Shown here piece by piece: positions 45,268 to 56,023 of a DNA stretch of 64,000 nucleotides. Each line of letters starts with the position of its first letter. Positions within the stretch are counted from its first letter, which is position 1. Made by a program: the position numbers and the translations under genes. Under the pieces are notes generated by a model, which did no database searches, was not told the DNA's origin, and saw only the letters and a list, made by a program, of their open reading frames with translations. This stretch comes from Thermodesulfobacteriota bacterium (GTDB taxonomy: Bacteria; Desulfobacterota; Desulfarculia; JACQYL01). The DNA lies in NCBI GenBank assembly GCA_963675595.2, contig CAXXLZ010000002.1:224001-288000 (forward strand). The letters are read 5' to 3'.

Positions 45268-45818
45268 GATCCCCTCCTTCGGTGGTTCAATGTGGGTTTT
45301 CCGTCCAAAGTCCGGTTCGTCGGGACGACTCCGTCACAACAGCCTGTAGCGGGCAACCTTCTCAAACAGGCCGTCAAGCGGTCGTGGGTCGGGTCCCCCG
45401 AACGGGCGGCCATTCCGTTCGGCGGAGCCTTCAGACGTCCGCAGCGGAGTTCCGGCCTCCCTCGTCCCGGCGTCGCGGAAAAGTTATGCAAAAAACATCA
45501 TCCATCCACCATTACCTGCAACTAATGATAGCATAGGGTTCACTGGATGGATTTCCAAGAAAAAAGCGCTCCATAGCTTCAGTTTCTCCGGGAACCGGTG
45601 GGAACGATGAAGATCACACGCCCGAGTTCGGTTTCTTTGCGAAGCCGGCATGTCCGATTAAACCGCTCCCTCTTTTGACGGTCTTTTGAAAAAGAATGGT
45701 TCGAAAAACCGGTGACGGGCCATGACAGGCAAGCAGCGACGATTTATACGGATGAAAGGCGGTTCGTAATTCACAAGATCCGGACAACTTCCTAAAAAGC
45801 GCTCAAGGACTCCAAAAC

Positions 45819-47342
45819 ATGACCACAACACCCTACGAAGGCTATGTGGACGGCTTCAGGGACAACACTCTATTCGGTTGGTGCTACAGACGGGATCAAC
45901 CCGACGTGCCGCTGACCCTCGATATTCGCATCGACGGTGGATTCGTCGGCACGGTCAATGCCGCGTTATTTCGCGAAGATTTGCTGAAGGCCGGAAAAGG
46001 CAATGGAAAACATTCTTTTCGTTTCCCTTTGCCCGATCGCCTGGCGCGATCCGATACGGCGCACGCCCTCAACGTGACCGTGGCGGAAAACGGCTTCGAA
46101 TTAACCTCGAGCCCGGTCCTGCTGAAGAACGGGGCTCCGGTTCTCGCCAAGTGTTACTTTCCGTGGACCAATCTCTCCGTGAACGCCTATGGCGAGGTGA
46201 ACACCTGTTCCTGTCCGAGTTGGCTTGGGAGTACAAAATTCTCCATCGGGAACATCAATGAGCGGGCCTATGATGAAATATGGAACGGTCCGAGGATGCG
46301 GCGCTATCGAGAAGCATTCTTGAACGACGATCACAAGAAATTCTGTCGCGTTCACATCTGCCCCTACCTGACCGGTACGATCAGACAAGCGGCTCCGGGT
46401 ACGGAAGTGCTCATGGCCATGACTCGGCAAGATCTCGAATTGGACTTCGGGCCGAGTCAACTTATCTACGATATCAACGACGGATGTAATCTACGATGCA
46501 TCATGTGCCGCAATGAAGTGAGACCGGTTGATAAGGAAATCGTACACAAGGCCGTGGAAAACATCAAAACCATTGCTTCCCAAGGCAGTCTGAAAAGCAT
46601 TACGACTTCCGGCTCCGGCGAGATCTTTATGTTCGAGGAATTCGTAGACCTGATGCGTTCCGATTTCCTGTCTTCCCGCCATATCTCACTGAATCTCATC
46701 AGCAACCTGACACTGTTCACACCGAAGCTGTGGGACGAAATCAAACATAATTACATCAACAGCCTGTCCGTTTCAGTGGACGGGGCCACCAAAGAAACCT
46801 ACGAAAGCGTCAGAAGGGGCTCCAAGTGGGAGAATATCCACAAGAAACTGCTGTATGTCTCCGAGTTGGCGAAAAACGGAGAGATCGGAAAGGTGAGTTC
46901 AGGCTATGTCGTCACCACGAAGAACGCGCACGAAGTGGACAAAATGATTCAATTCATAACCGGTCTGGGGTTCAATCTGTTCTTCCTGTCTCACAGAGGA
47001 AGGCTGCCCACCAAGATGGACAACATATTCGAAACATGCAATATTGGAATGCTGGATATGGTGTATGATCGTATCGAAAGCTGCGGAGGGTTCGATACCA
47101 GCCTCGTCAATTTCGGGTCCTGCGGCATTCTCAGAGACAGGGCTTATCGTGAGGCGGGCTACCGATTGGAGATGGCTCAATATCAAATGACCCAATACGG
47201 CGATGTCGACATGGCGCAACGGATTGCGCGCGGCTGCCTCCAAGACATAGAAGCCGGAATGATCCGAGCTGATGAGGCACAGCTGGCCGAATGCAGACGA
47301 TTCATCGAGACGGAGGGTCCGACACCGGCGACCGCAACATGA
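45819..47342 (+). CDS. Radical SAM protein with N-terminal Ig-like and SPASM-like domains
   Basis: CNLRCIMC, SVDGATKETYESVRRG; upstream CYFPW...GEVNTCSC...IGNI...EIWNG...C...C. Confidence 0.85.
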   Translation: MTTTPYEGYVDGFRDNTLFGWCYRRDQPDVPLTLDIRIDGGFVGTVNAALFREDLLKAGKGNGKHSFRFPLPDRLARSDTAHALNVTVAENGFELTSSPVLLKNGAPVLAKCYFPWTNLSVNAYGEVNTCSCPSWLGSTKFSIGNINERAYDEIWNGPRMRRYREAFLNDDHKKFCRVHICPYLTGTIRQAAPGTEVLMAMTRQDLELDFGPSQLIYDINDGCNLRCIMCRNEVRPVDKEIVHKAVENIKTIASQGSLKSITTSGSGEIFMFEEFVDLMRSDFLSSRHISLNLISNLTLFTPKLWDEIKHNYINSLSVSVDGATKETYESVRRGSKWENIHKKLLYVSELAKNGEIGKVSSGYVVTTKNAHEVDKMIQFITGLGFNLFFLSHRGRLPTKMDNIFETCNIGMLDMVYDRIESCGGFDTSLVNFGSCGILRDRAYREAGYRLEMAQYQMTQYGDVDMAQRIARGCLQDIEAGMIRADEAQLAECRRFIETEGPTPATAT

Positions 47343-47606
47343 GTAGTGAGATGAAAAACGGCGACTATCGCATTTTTCGTCGATCCAGCCGATTCGCCCG
47401 TTCGTCCTCGGGCTTTGCGTGTCCTGCGTGGCGCCGTTTCTCACCCCACCGGCTTGTAGCGCCCCGCCTTTCTTGACGGAATTTGCGGCCACACAGGCAT
47501 CGTTCACGGAGGGAACTTTTTGTTGGTTCCCCGGGGGAACGATTTTTCCTCGGCTCCCCCTGCTGCAGGCGCCGTCCCTTTTGGGACGAAGCTCGAGTTG
47601 GGGGGA

Positions 47607-47782
47607 TCTTTGCCGATTCAGCCGGGGTAGGAAACGTTGGGAATTAGAGAGGAAGCCTGATCTCTTCCGCAGCCTCTCCGCCGAAGGCGGTGAGGCCTGT
47701 CCAACGTGCTTTGGGAGGGGATTCGGGGGAGGACTTTCCCGAGCCCCCTCCCCCGAAAATGCTTACGCCACATACCTTTTCG
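47607..47782. repeat. Intact copy of an approximately 170-bp REP/MITE-like repeat
   Basis: Aligns with 31866-31975 joined to 36589-36650 (TCTTTGCCGATTCAGC...GCGGTGAGGCCTGTCCAACGTGCTTTG...CGGGGGAGGACTTT). Confidence 0.8.
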
Positions 47783-47983
47783 CGCGAATCCGGTTCAAGT
47801 TCCCCAAAAGACACGCTTGGCTCGCGACCGATCTTCCCGGATATGGATCCGTCCTGAGAAGTGCGGAAACATTCATTCATGGGGAACCGGCCGATGTCGA
47901 CTGTGGATTGGATTTTCCCGGACCATGATCACTCTGAAAGCGGCCGAATGCGAACACTGTAACTCAATAACGGATGTGCCGGC

Positions 47984-50437
47984 ATGAAGAACGCGGAATT
48001 GGACGGACCCGGTGTTTCTCAGGAATTGGAGCGATTGCGGCGAGAAAACGAAGAACTTCGGCGTCGTTTGGACCAAAAGGCGCATGAATACTCCGGCGGC
48101 GGGGCTCCCGGCTCTTCCGAGCCCCGCCCATCGAACGGACCTTCCGAAGAGCGACCACGGCAGGAGCTTGTCCCCTTCCAACAATTGTTCGACCACATGG
48201 GGGAAGGCACCGCCATCTATGAAGCGGTGGACGGCGGCCGAGATTTTGTCTTTGTGGACCTGAACCCCGCGGGGCAGGCTCTCAGCAAGGTCTCCAGACA
48301 AGAGGTCGTGGGAAGAAGGGTCACCGTGCTCTTCCCCGGTGTAATCCAAATGGGTTTGCTTGAGGTCCTCCGAAGGGTTTGGCAAACGGGACGCCCGGAA
48401 CATCTCCCCCTGACCTTTTACGAAGACGGACGAGTCGAGGAGTGGGTGGAAAACGATGTTTTCAGACTGCCCTCCGGGCTTGTGGTGGCCGTTTACCGAG
48501 ATACCGGCGAACAGCGTCGGGCCGAGGAAGCGCTCCGCAAATCCGAGGAAGAGAAAACCCTCCTGTTGGATTCCTCATCCGAATCCATCGTTTATTACGA
48601 TACCGACCTCAAGATTCAGTGGGCCAACAAGACCGCCGGCAGGGACGCGAACCGATCCGTCGAGGAAATGACGGGCCGTCGCTGTTACGAGTTCCGGCGA
48701 AACCGGAGCGAGCCTTGTCCCGAATGTCCCCTGGTCAAGGCCAGGGACACGGGTCTTCCAAACGAGGGTGACATCACCACGCCCGACGGCCGCATCCGGC
48801 ACCTTCGAGGCATTCCCGTCCTGGACGAACAGGGCCGGGTGATCTCCCTGGTGGAGTTCGGGCGGGACATTACGGAACAAAGGCTGGCCGAACGGGCCCT
48901 CAAAGAGAGTGAATCGCGCTATCGGCTGCTGGTTCAGAACTCCCCCGTGGGGATCTGCCATTACGATCGGAGTCTCAAAGTCACCGACTGCAATGAGCGT
49001 TTCCTGTCCATTGCCAAGGCGAGCCGGGAGGTGGTCTTTCAATTGGACGCCCTGAACATGAAAGACGCCAGCATACTCCCGGCAATTATAGATTCCCTCC
49101 AGGGCAAGGAAGGATATTTCGAAGGACGATATCAGGCGACCTCGAGCGGAGAATATCTGTGGGTGTCCCTCAGGACCGCTCCCGTTTACAATCACAAGGG
49201 AGAGATTCAGGGCGGCGTGGGGATCGTGCTGGATATCACCGAGGCGAAGGAAGCCGAGGAAATCAAGGAGAAGCTCGAGGCCCAGCTGCTGCAGGCCCAG
49301 AAGATGCAAGCCATAGGAACCCTCGCCGGGGGGGTCGCCCACGATTTCAACAACCTGCTCGCCATGATCATGGGCTATGCCGAGCTTGCCCTGGATTCCA
49401 CAGGCTTCTGTGAAGACCTGTCCAACCCCCTCCGGCGAATCATGAAGACCGCGGAGCGGGGACGGAATCTGGTTCGACAGATTCTCACCTTCAGCCGAGA
49501 GGTGGGCTCGGAGCTCAAACCCGTGAATCTGAACTCCGAACTGTCTCGTGCGCTGGAAATATTCACTCGCACCCTGCCCAAGATGATCACCATCGAAACC
49601 CGTCTGGAAGAGCCGCTTCAGCCCGTCCATGGAGACGCCGGCCAACTCGATCAATTACTGTTCAATCTGGCCGCCAACGCGGCGGATGCCATGCCTCAGG
49701 GAGGCCGGTTGACTTTCGCGACCCGTAACGTTCGGGTGGACGAGGCTTACTCCAAGCGACACCTTGAACTGCGCCCCGGAGAGTATGTCCTGCTGCAGGT
49801 CTCCGACACGGGCCAGGGCATGGACGAGGAGACCCTGAAACGAATTTTCGATCCGTTCTTCACCACCAAAGAGCCGGGTAAAGGCACCGGCTTGGGCCTA
49901 TCCACCGTTTTCGGCATCGTAAAGAGTCACGGAGCGCACATCGGTTGTTACAGTGAGCCGGGCGTGGGCACCTCTTTCAACATCCATTTTCCCGCCCACG
50001 ACTCCCCCGAGCCGTTCCCTCACCGGCCTCCCGCGGAGAATGAATCGGTCCTCCGAGGAAACGAAACCGTTCTCGTGGTGGACGATGAGGAGGATTTACG
50101 AAACCTCTGGGAGAGTATGCTCACCGGCGTGGGTTACCGGGTGGTGAAAACGGACAGCGGAGAGAACGCGCTGGAGGTCTTCCACTCGGGAAAGGAGCGC
50201 TTCGACCTGGTGATCCTCGATTTGGGCATGCCCGGCATGGGGGGCGCGAGGTGTTTGGAGGAACTTCTCTTGACGCACCCGGACACGAAGATCGTGGTGG
50301 CCAGCGGGTATTCGGACAACGAACAGGTCCGGTCGGTCCTTGAATCCGGAGCGTCGGGTTTCATCGCCAAGCCTTTTCAGCGAACGGACTTCCTGCGCAC
50401 CGTGAGAAGGGTTCTGGATTCGGCATCGGCCGAATGA
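47984..50437 (+). CDS. Multi-PAS hybrid sensor histidine kinase/response regulator
   Basis: Three PAS-like domains, AHDFNN, NAADAM, FFTTK, GTGLGL, receiver VVDDE...LDLGMP...KP. Confidence 0.95.
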   Translation: MKNAELDGPGVSQELERLRRENEELRRRLDQKAHEYSGGGAPGSSEPRPSNGPSEERPRQELVPFQQLFDHMGEGTAIYEAVDGGRDFVFVDLNPAGQALSKVSRQEVVGRRVTVLFPGVIQMGLLEVLRRVWQTGRPEHLPLTFYEDGRVEEWVENDVFRLPSGLVVAVYRDTGEQRRAEEALRKSEEEKTLLLDSSSESIVYYDTDLKIQWANKTAGRDANRSVEEMTGRRCYEFRRNRSEPCPECPLVKARDTGLPNEGDITTPDGRIRHLRGIPVLDEQGRVISLVEFGRDITEQRLAERALKESESRYRLLVQNSPVGICHYDRSLKVTDCNERFLSIAKASREVVFQLDALNMKDASILPAIIDSLQGKEGYFEGRYQATSSGEYLWVSLRTAPVYNHKGEIQGGVGIVLDITEAKEAEEIKEKLEAQLLQAQKMQAIGTLAGGVAHDFNNLLAMIMGYAELALDSTGFCEDLSNPLRRIMKTAERGRNLVRQILTFSREVGSELKPVNLNSELSRALEIFTRTLPKMITIETRLEEPLQPVHGDAGQLDQLLFNLAANAADAMPQGGRLTFATRNVRVDEAYSKRHLELRPGEYVLLQVSDTGQGMDEETLKRIFDPFFTTKEPGKGTGLGLSTVFGIVKSHGAHIGCYSEPGVGTSFNIHFPAHDSPEPFPHRPPAENESVLRGNETVLVVDDEEDLRNLWESMLTGVGYRVVKTDSGENALEVFHSGKERFDLVILDLGMPGMGGARCLEELLLTHPDTKIVVASGYSDNEQVRSVLESGASGFIAKPFQRTDFLRTVRRVLDSASAE

Positions 50438-51020
50438 ACGGAGAGAGATACGTTCCGTATCCAGGGAAATACCCCGGAGAACCGAAAGCTTTATCGAGTG
50501 GCACCCGCGGCGGACGTTCCACCGCGTAGAAATAAAGGATGAACCCAAGCCCGCCTCCGGTGGATGGATACTCATTCCCAACCAACGGCTGAGGGCCTAT
50601 TCACATGGCCGTCTTATACGCACCCAAAGGCAACGCGGGGGAATGCGCGGCGTTGACGGCCAACCTGTATTCGGGTTGCGGACACGGAAGCCCTTATTGA
50701 TACGTGCCCATGCTGTTGAAACGAAACGCCGCGCAGTTCAGGGAAAATTCCGTGCCCGGAAAGGGCGCGCCGGATCAGTCGGCCAAAGACGCCGCCAAAA
50801 TGAAGGGTGACTCAAGGGAGACATTTCTCGGCTGCGCATCACGCGGGGAGCGCTGGAAATCCTGATACGGCACGGTCTCCGGTTCACCGTGCCGACCAAA
50901 GGCGGCAACAGGGCGGCCCGGGACTTCGACCTGTTCCGCGACTACCCTTTGGTTCGACTGGGAGCGAGTTTCTCCCTGTTCGACGACGACCGAGCGGCAT
51001 GACCTGCTTGTCGGTACTTC

Positions 51021-52499
51021 CTACCAGTCGTAGAGAATCTCCCAGTGGTCCGAAAACAGCGCTTCTTTGGGGCTGAACCGCTGCCTCAGGGTCTTCCCTT
51101 TTCCCGGTCCTCCGCTTGTATCCTGGCTCCAGCAGCGCAGCTCGATGGCGGGCATCGGGGCTTCGGCCTCCTCTTTTCGATTCGTGTCCGGCTCGATCCA
51201 CAATTCCCGCTCCTCGATCACCTTCCAGACGGTATCGTCCTCTTTCCGACGCACCCGCTCGCCCACTCGCGGAAGGCCCAGTTTCTCCCGGAGCTCCTTG
51301 AAACGATAGGAGGAGACGTCTCCCCGTTCCAGGTACCTCTCCCCCGCCCACATGATTCCGATGGCCCCCAGCGGAGCGGTGATGAGGATGGAAAGCACCG
51401 CCACCGCGAGGATGACCTCCCCGGATGCGACTCCGGCGGCCAGGGGCACCGCCCCGATGGCGGCCTGCACCGTGGCTTTGGGCACGTAAGCGATAATACA
51501 GAACAGCTTTTCCTTGCCCGACAGGGGGGTTCCCCACAAAGACACGTAAGTCCCCAGGCTCCGAAAGATCAGACCCACGAAGATCACCGCCATGCCCGCC
51601 AATCCCGCTTTCCACGCCACGGATACGTTTACCTGCGCCCCCACGAGCACGAACAGCAGCAATTCGGCGAACATCCACACTTTCTTGAGCTTCTGCGAAA
51701 TCAGGTGGGCCACGGCCTCGGACTTCTCAAGGATGATGAAGCCGACGGCCATCACCCCAAGCAACGAGGCGATGGGGACCACATCTTCCACGGCGCCCTC
51801 GAGCCAGGTGAGCATAATGGCCACCCCCATGACCAGGATGGTGCGCTTGGGAGGACGCCAGTCGTATTTCTTGAACCATTTGACGAGAATGTAGCCCGGA
51901 ATCAGACCCACGCCGATCCCCAAGACAATGGACACGGGAATCTCGGCGAGGGCGGTCCAGATATTGGTTTCCCCGCCCCCGTACATACCCAGAAATATGG
52001 TAAAGAGGACAATCACAAAGACGTCGTCAACGGACGAAGCACCTAAAACCAGCGTGGGAATGCCCTTTTTGGAACCCCACCCCTTGTCCATGAACTCGAT
52101 CATCAAGGGAACCACCACCGCCGGAGAAACCGCGCCCAAAATGGTACCCAGTATGGCGGCTTCCAGATAGGATATGTTCAAAAAGAAAGGAGCGACCAGC
52201 ACCACTCCGACAATCTCGAAAATCGCCGGAACCGCGCTCATGGTCAAGGCGGCGCGTCCCACCCGGTTGAGAGTATCCCGACGCAACTCGAACCCCGCCC
52301 TCAGAAGAATCACGATGAGGGCGATCTTCCGGAAGTCGCCGGATACGGCCTGCATCTCCGGAGACATGAGATTCAGCACATAGGGACCGGCGATGACACC
52401 CGCCAGCAACATGCCCACCAGTCCGGGAAGCTTGAATTTGCGGAAAGCCAGGTCCCCAAGAAGACCCAAGAGAATGATCAGGCCGATACTAAACGCCAT
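51021..52499 (-). CDS. Cation:proton antiporter with extra soluble C-terminal domain
   Basis: ILLRAG, AVSPAVVVP, SSVDDV, PKATVQAAIG; multiple TM segments. Confidence 0.92.
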   Translation of the reverse strand: MAFSIGLIILLGLLGDLAFRKFKLPGLVGMLLAGVIAGPYVLNLMSPEMQAVSGDFRKIALIVILLRAGFELRRDTLNRVGRAALTMSAVPAIFEIVGVVLVAPFFLNISYLEAAILGTILGAVSPAVVVPLMIEFMDKGWGSKKGIPTLVLGASSVDDVFVIVLFTIFLGMYGGGETNIWTALAEIPVSIVLGIGVGLIPGYILVKWFKKYDWRPPKRTILVMGVAIMLTWLEGAVEDVVPIASLLGVMAVGFIILEKSEAVAHLISQKLKKVWMFAELLLFVLVGAQVNVSVAWKAGLAGMAVIFVGLIFRSLGTYVSLWGTPLSGKEKLFCIIAYVPKATVQAAIGAVPLAAGVASGEVILAVAVLSILITAPLGAIGIMWAGERYLERGDVSSYRFKELREKLGLPRVGERVRRKEDDTVWKVIEERELWIEPDTNRKEEAEAPMPAIELRCWSQDTSGGPGKGKTLRQRFSPKEALFSDHWEILYDW

Positions 52500-52598
52500 G
52501 GCGGATTTCCCCTTTGTTTGAGCTTCGAGAAAATGGCGGGACACGCGTACCCGGCGCGTGAATGCGGAAAGGCATGGGAGCCGCCCGACGCGCGGATT

Positions 52599-52632
52599 CA
52601 AAAAAAAATCCCCCCGGTTTCCCGGACGGGAC
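52599..52632 (-). terminator. Intrinsic terminator in the riboswitch expression platform
   Basis: Minus strand TCCCGTCCGGGAAACCGGGGGGA followed by a run of T. Confidence 0.75.
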
Positions 52633-52668
52633 TCTTACGCCGACTTCCACCCCCGGCTCCCGCCCAAG

Positions 52669-52723
52669 GTAGAAGTCATTATCCCCCGGCACGGGGGCGG
52701 TTCATGGCAGACTTCATTGCCCT
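52669..52723 (-). promoter_or_regulatory. Fluoride (crcB) riboswitch
   Basis: Minus strand GGCAATGAAGTCTGCC-ATGAACCGCC-hairpin-ATAATGACTTCTAC; GAAGTC/GACTTC pseudoknot pairing; upstream of an antiporter. Confidence 0.9.
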
Positions 52724-52997
52724 AAATTGTGTTTTCAATCCAAACAGAAAACCGTGTTGATGTCAACGCTTGTCCACCGCGTTTTCCTTCGATGCACGGA
52801 CGCGTTCTTCTTTGCGGCCCGAGAGAGCACGGGCGCGCCTGTGGAAGAATCGCCCGCCCTCTCTCGCTCGGGTCGGGTTCTCCGGCAGGACGCGCCAATC
52901 CCGAGGAATGATGCGCAACAGAAGTACGTCCGCTTCTCAACGGTCCGGCGGTTCATGCGGACCGGTCATTCAGTGATAACGGAAGAGAGATCGAACC

Positions 52998-53435
52998 TCA
53001 GGGGCGGATCGTCACCGTTGCCTCCTCTTCCGTGAGCATCCTCGCTTTGGCTCCTCCACAGCTGGACTTGGCGATCAGACTCACACGCACTCTCAGCCGG
53101 TAGATCCCCGGTTCGGCACAGGTGATTCGGATTCGAGGGTAACCCGGAACCAGTTTTGGCTTCTCTCCTTCGGGGGTTTCGAGAAAGTCCACGGACGTCA
53201 CCGCAAAGAAACCCGACGGAAGATTTGGGGGCTCCAGCCGAACCTCCAGGAACAAGGGTTCTCCCATCGTGCCGGAAACCTTTTTGGTGAGCAGCTTCGC
53301 CTGGTAGACTTCCGAACCGAGGGGGCAGGCAGGCCTTTGTGGGCCGTTGTCCGAGGCGACGCCTCCGTGGGCCACCCACGAAGCCGTCATCAGGAGAAAG
53401 GCAATGAGCAGCGCCGCGAAATTGAATCTCATCAA
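52998..53435 (-). CDS. Secreted hypothetical protein
   Basis: GAGGAG RBS, signal peptide, beta-rich body with three Cys. Confidence 0.7.
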   Translation of the reverse strand: MMRFNFAALLIAFLLMTASWVAHGGVASDNGPQRPACPLGSEVYQAKLLTKKVSGTMGEPLFLEVRLEPPNLPSGFFAVTSVDFLETPEGEKPKLVPGYPRIRITCAEPGIYRLRVRVSLIAKSSCGGAKARMLTEEEATVTIRP

Positions 53436-53527
53436 TGAGGCTCCTCAAGGGAAATTCTACGATGATTGTCCCTTATGACCAGTGATGGTATACTTTTGAA
53501 CAAGATGCCGTCAATACGACCTTCCCT

Positions 53528-55240
53528 ATGGAGTCCTTCATGTCCGTACCCCTGATCCTTGCGATCCCACAGTACCTGGAGTCATTTCTGAACAAATGGT
53601 CCGCCGGCATGGACCGGGCCGGATACCTGAAATACACCACGGCCAAGCGTGAAGACTGTATTTCATCCTTCGAGGCCTTCATCACCCCTCTCTTGGAGTT
53701 TTCGGCTTCCTACAACCTGCTGCCGGGTTTCGGGGAGGTTTTGAAAGACCATAGGCACTGGGCCGATCGGACGGTGGAAATCGCACGGAGGCATCGATTC
53801 CGGGGCATCACCGCCGAGATGTTCCTCGGTTGCTTCTCAACGCTCGTGCATGCGGTCTGCGAAGTGATCCGGGAGATGGACGCTCCGACGGAGGACCGGC
53901 TCGAAACGATCCAATCCATCGGTGAAGTGGGAGACGCTTATTCCGCCGTAATCCTGGCCGATTGGACAGCCCTGTCCCGCGACGAAGAAGTCCGGGAGCT
54001 TGTGGAAGCCAATCGCCGGCTCACCCTGGAGAAGAACCGGTACGAGAATCTCTTCGCCGCAACTTCGGACATGGTCTTGGTGACGGATGCCGACGGTTGC
54101 GTGGTGGAGGCCAACGCCACCGCTCGGGCCGTACTGGGAGGTCGGAACGTTCTCGGAAAGTGGTTCTGGGAACTACTCGACCTGGAGGGGCGAAACATCC
54201 ATGAGGTGATGCATTACTATCGCATGGAGGATTCCCATGAAATCAGCCCGTTCGAAGACGGTTCCGTTTTCAAGTTGAGGCTCTTTCCTTTGAAATCAGT
54301 GAGCCTGGCCTCCAGGGGATATATGGTGCTTCTGAACAATGTCAGTTGCCTGGTGGGCCAGAGGGAACGCCTCGAATCCGTCGTAAACGAGAGAACCACC
54401 GCCCTGGAGAATACGGCCAAACAGTACAAATCCCTCTTTCAGGCCGCCGGGGAGAGCATTCTCCTCGTGGACACGGACTTCAAGGTAGTGGGGGCCAACC
54501 GGCGATCCACCGACGTCTTCGGCCTTTCCAGGGAGGAGTTCACGGGTCTTCCCTGCAGCGCCCTGTGCCCGACCGACACCGTCGTGAATCTGAACAACGC
54601 CATCCGAAACCTGGACGAGGGCGAAATCCGGCAGTGGGAGATGGTGGGCCGAAGAGCGAGCGGAACTTCCTTTCCCATGGACGTGACCATCAACCGGGTG
54701 GACCTGGATTCTCGTACCCTTTTCCACGTTTTGGTGCGGGACGCCACGCAGAAAAAGGCCATGGAGAACAACCTGCGGCGTGAAAAATCCCAGATGGAGG
54801 AACTCAACATTACCTTGCGCAACGTCATGAAAACCATCGACCACGAACGACGGGACGTACAACGAGCCGTGGCCGAACGAATTCGGGAGTTACTGCTTCC
54901 CGCCGTGGACCGCATTATGCACGAAGGTTCCGCGGAAGTGCGCAAAGGCTATCTCGAAATCATCCGTGATCAGTTGGAAAAGCTGGCCGCGGGGTCCGCA
55001 GGAGAAACGGACGCCCGCCTGCTGAAATTGACGCCCACGGAGATGAAGGTCTGCCGATTCATCCAAGCCGGAAGCACCACCAAGGACATTGCCGAAGCAC
55101 TGAGTCTTTCGGCTGATACGATCCAGACCCACAGAAAGAACATCCGAAAAAAACTGGGGATCCGAGGACGCCAAGTCAATTTGTATACCTACCTGTTGGC
55201 GCATGAACCTCGAGACTCCGGAGCGGCCGGAAGCCGCTGA
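53528..55240 (+). CDS. PAS-domain LuxR-type transcriptional regulator
   Basis: Two PAS-like domains, C-terminal LTPTEMKV...TIQTHRKNIRKKLG. Confidence 0.9.
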   Translation: MESFMSVPLILAIPQYLESFLNKWSAGMDRAGYLKYTTAKREDCISSFEAFITPLLEFSASYNLLPGFGEVLKDHRHWADRTVEIARRHRFRGITAEMFLGCFSTLVHAVCEVIREMDAPTEDRLETIQSIGEVGDAYSAVILADWTALSRDEEVRELVEANRRLTLEKNRYENLFAATSDMVLVTDADGCVVEANATARAVLGGRNVLGKWFWELLDLEGRNIHEVMHYYRMEDSHEISPFEDGSVFKLRLFPLKSVSLASRGYMVLLNNVSCLVGQRERLESVVNERTTALENTAKQYKSLFQAAGESILLVDTDFKVVGANRRSTDVFGLSREEFTGLPCSALCPTDTVVNLNNAIRNLDEGEIRQWEMVGRRASGTSFPMDVTINRVDLDSRTLFHVLVRDATQKKAMENNLRREKSQMEELNITLRNVMKTIDHERRDVQRAVAERIRELLLPAVDRIMHEGSAEVRKGYLEIIRDQLEKLAAGSAGETDARLLKLTPTEMKVCRFIQAGSTTKDIAEALSLSADTIQTHRKNIRKKLGIRGRQVNLYTYLLAHEPRDSGAAGSR

Positions 55241-55408
55241 CCCCCGGAACCCGCCTCCGCTCGGCATGATCGATCCGCCTCACGGGACGCGCTTCACCGG
55301 GTAGATACATCTACCCGATAATTCCCCTATTCCTCCCCTTGTCGATCTCCCAAAGCCCCCGTATCCTGAAATCATGGGCGTAAACTTGATTCTCAACTGC
55401 GAGACGTC

Positions 55409-56023
55409 ATGGGCATGAATCAGCCCCATCGGGATATTTTGGCCGCGCTGCGGGACTTTTTCGCCGCAGGGGACGCGGACAAACGGGCTGAAGCCTTCCG
55501 GAATCTCACAGGCCCGGCCGGGCCGTCCCTTTCGGAGGATTGGAACGCCATCGAATACGCCTACAACCGACTCTTCGTAGGTCCGGCCGCTCCCATCGCC
55601 CCCCCTTTCGCCTCGGTCTACCTGGAACCCGAGCCTCGGCTCATGGGAGAAACCACCGTCAAGGTCGGCCACTTCCGCCGGATGATCGGACTTCACGCCC
55701 CTTTCCGGGAAGACACACCGGAAGATCATATCGCCGGCGAACTCGACATTTGTCTCCATCTGCGCGACACCATCGAACGCTCGAACTCACCGGAGCTGAA
55801 GGCCGCCTACGCCTGGTTCCTCGGCAGGCACATGGCCGCCTGGATTCCCGAATTCCTGGACAGAGTCCGTTGTTCCGAAAATATTCCGGGCGAGATCGTC
55901 CAAACCTGCGCGATTCTCCAAGACCGGCTCCTGCAGGAGCTCAATTGGGCTCGCGGCGGAGACCACGATGCTCTCTCAACACCCCAACCGGGAGGAGAAC
56001 GAAGCCATGAAACCCTGGACTGA
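55409..56023 (+). CDS. TorD/DmsD-family chaperone
   Basis: YNRLFVGP, PPFASVYL, PEDHIAGEL, HMAAWIPEF. Confidence 0.92.
   Translation: MGMNQPHRDILAALRDFFAAGDADKRAEAFRNLTGPAGPSLSEDWNAIEYAYNRLFVGPAAPIAPPFASVYLEPEPRLMGETTVKVGHFRRMIGLHAPFREDTPEDHIAGELDICLHLRDTIERSNSPELKAAYAWFLGRHMAAWIPEFLDRVRCSENIPGEIVQTCAILQDRLLQELNWARGGDHDALSTPQPGGERSHETLD

Noticed and set aside
45290-45480. c-di-GMP riboswitch upstream of the DUF4019 gene
   Set aside because: Hairpins present but the conserved GGCAAA...GAAA...GACGCAAAG pattern is absent; more like a REP remnant
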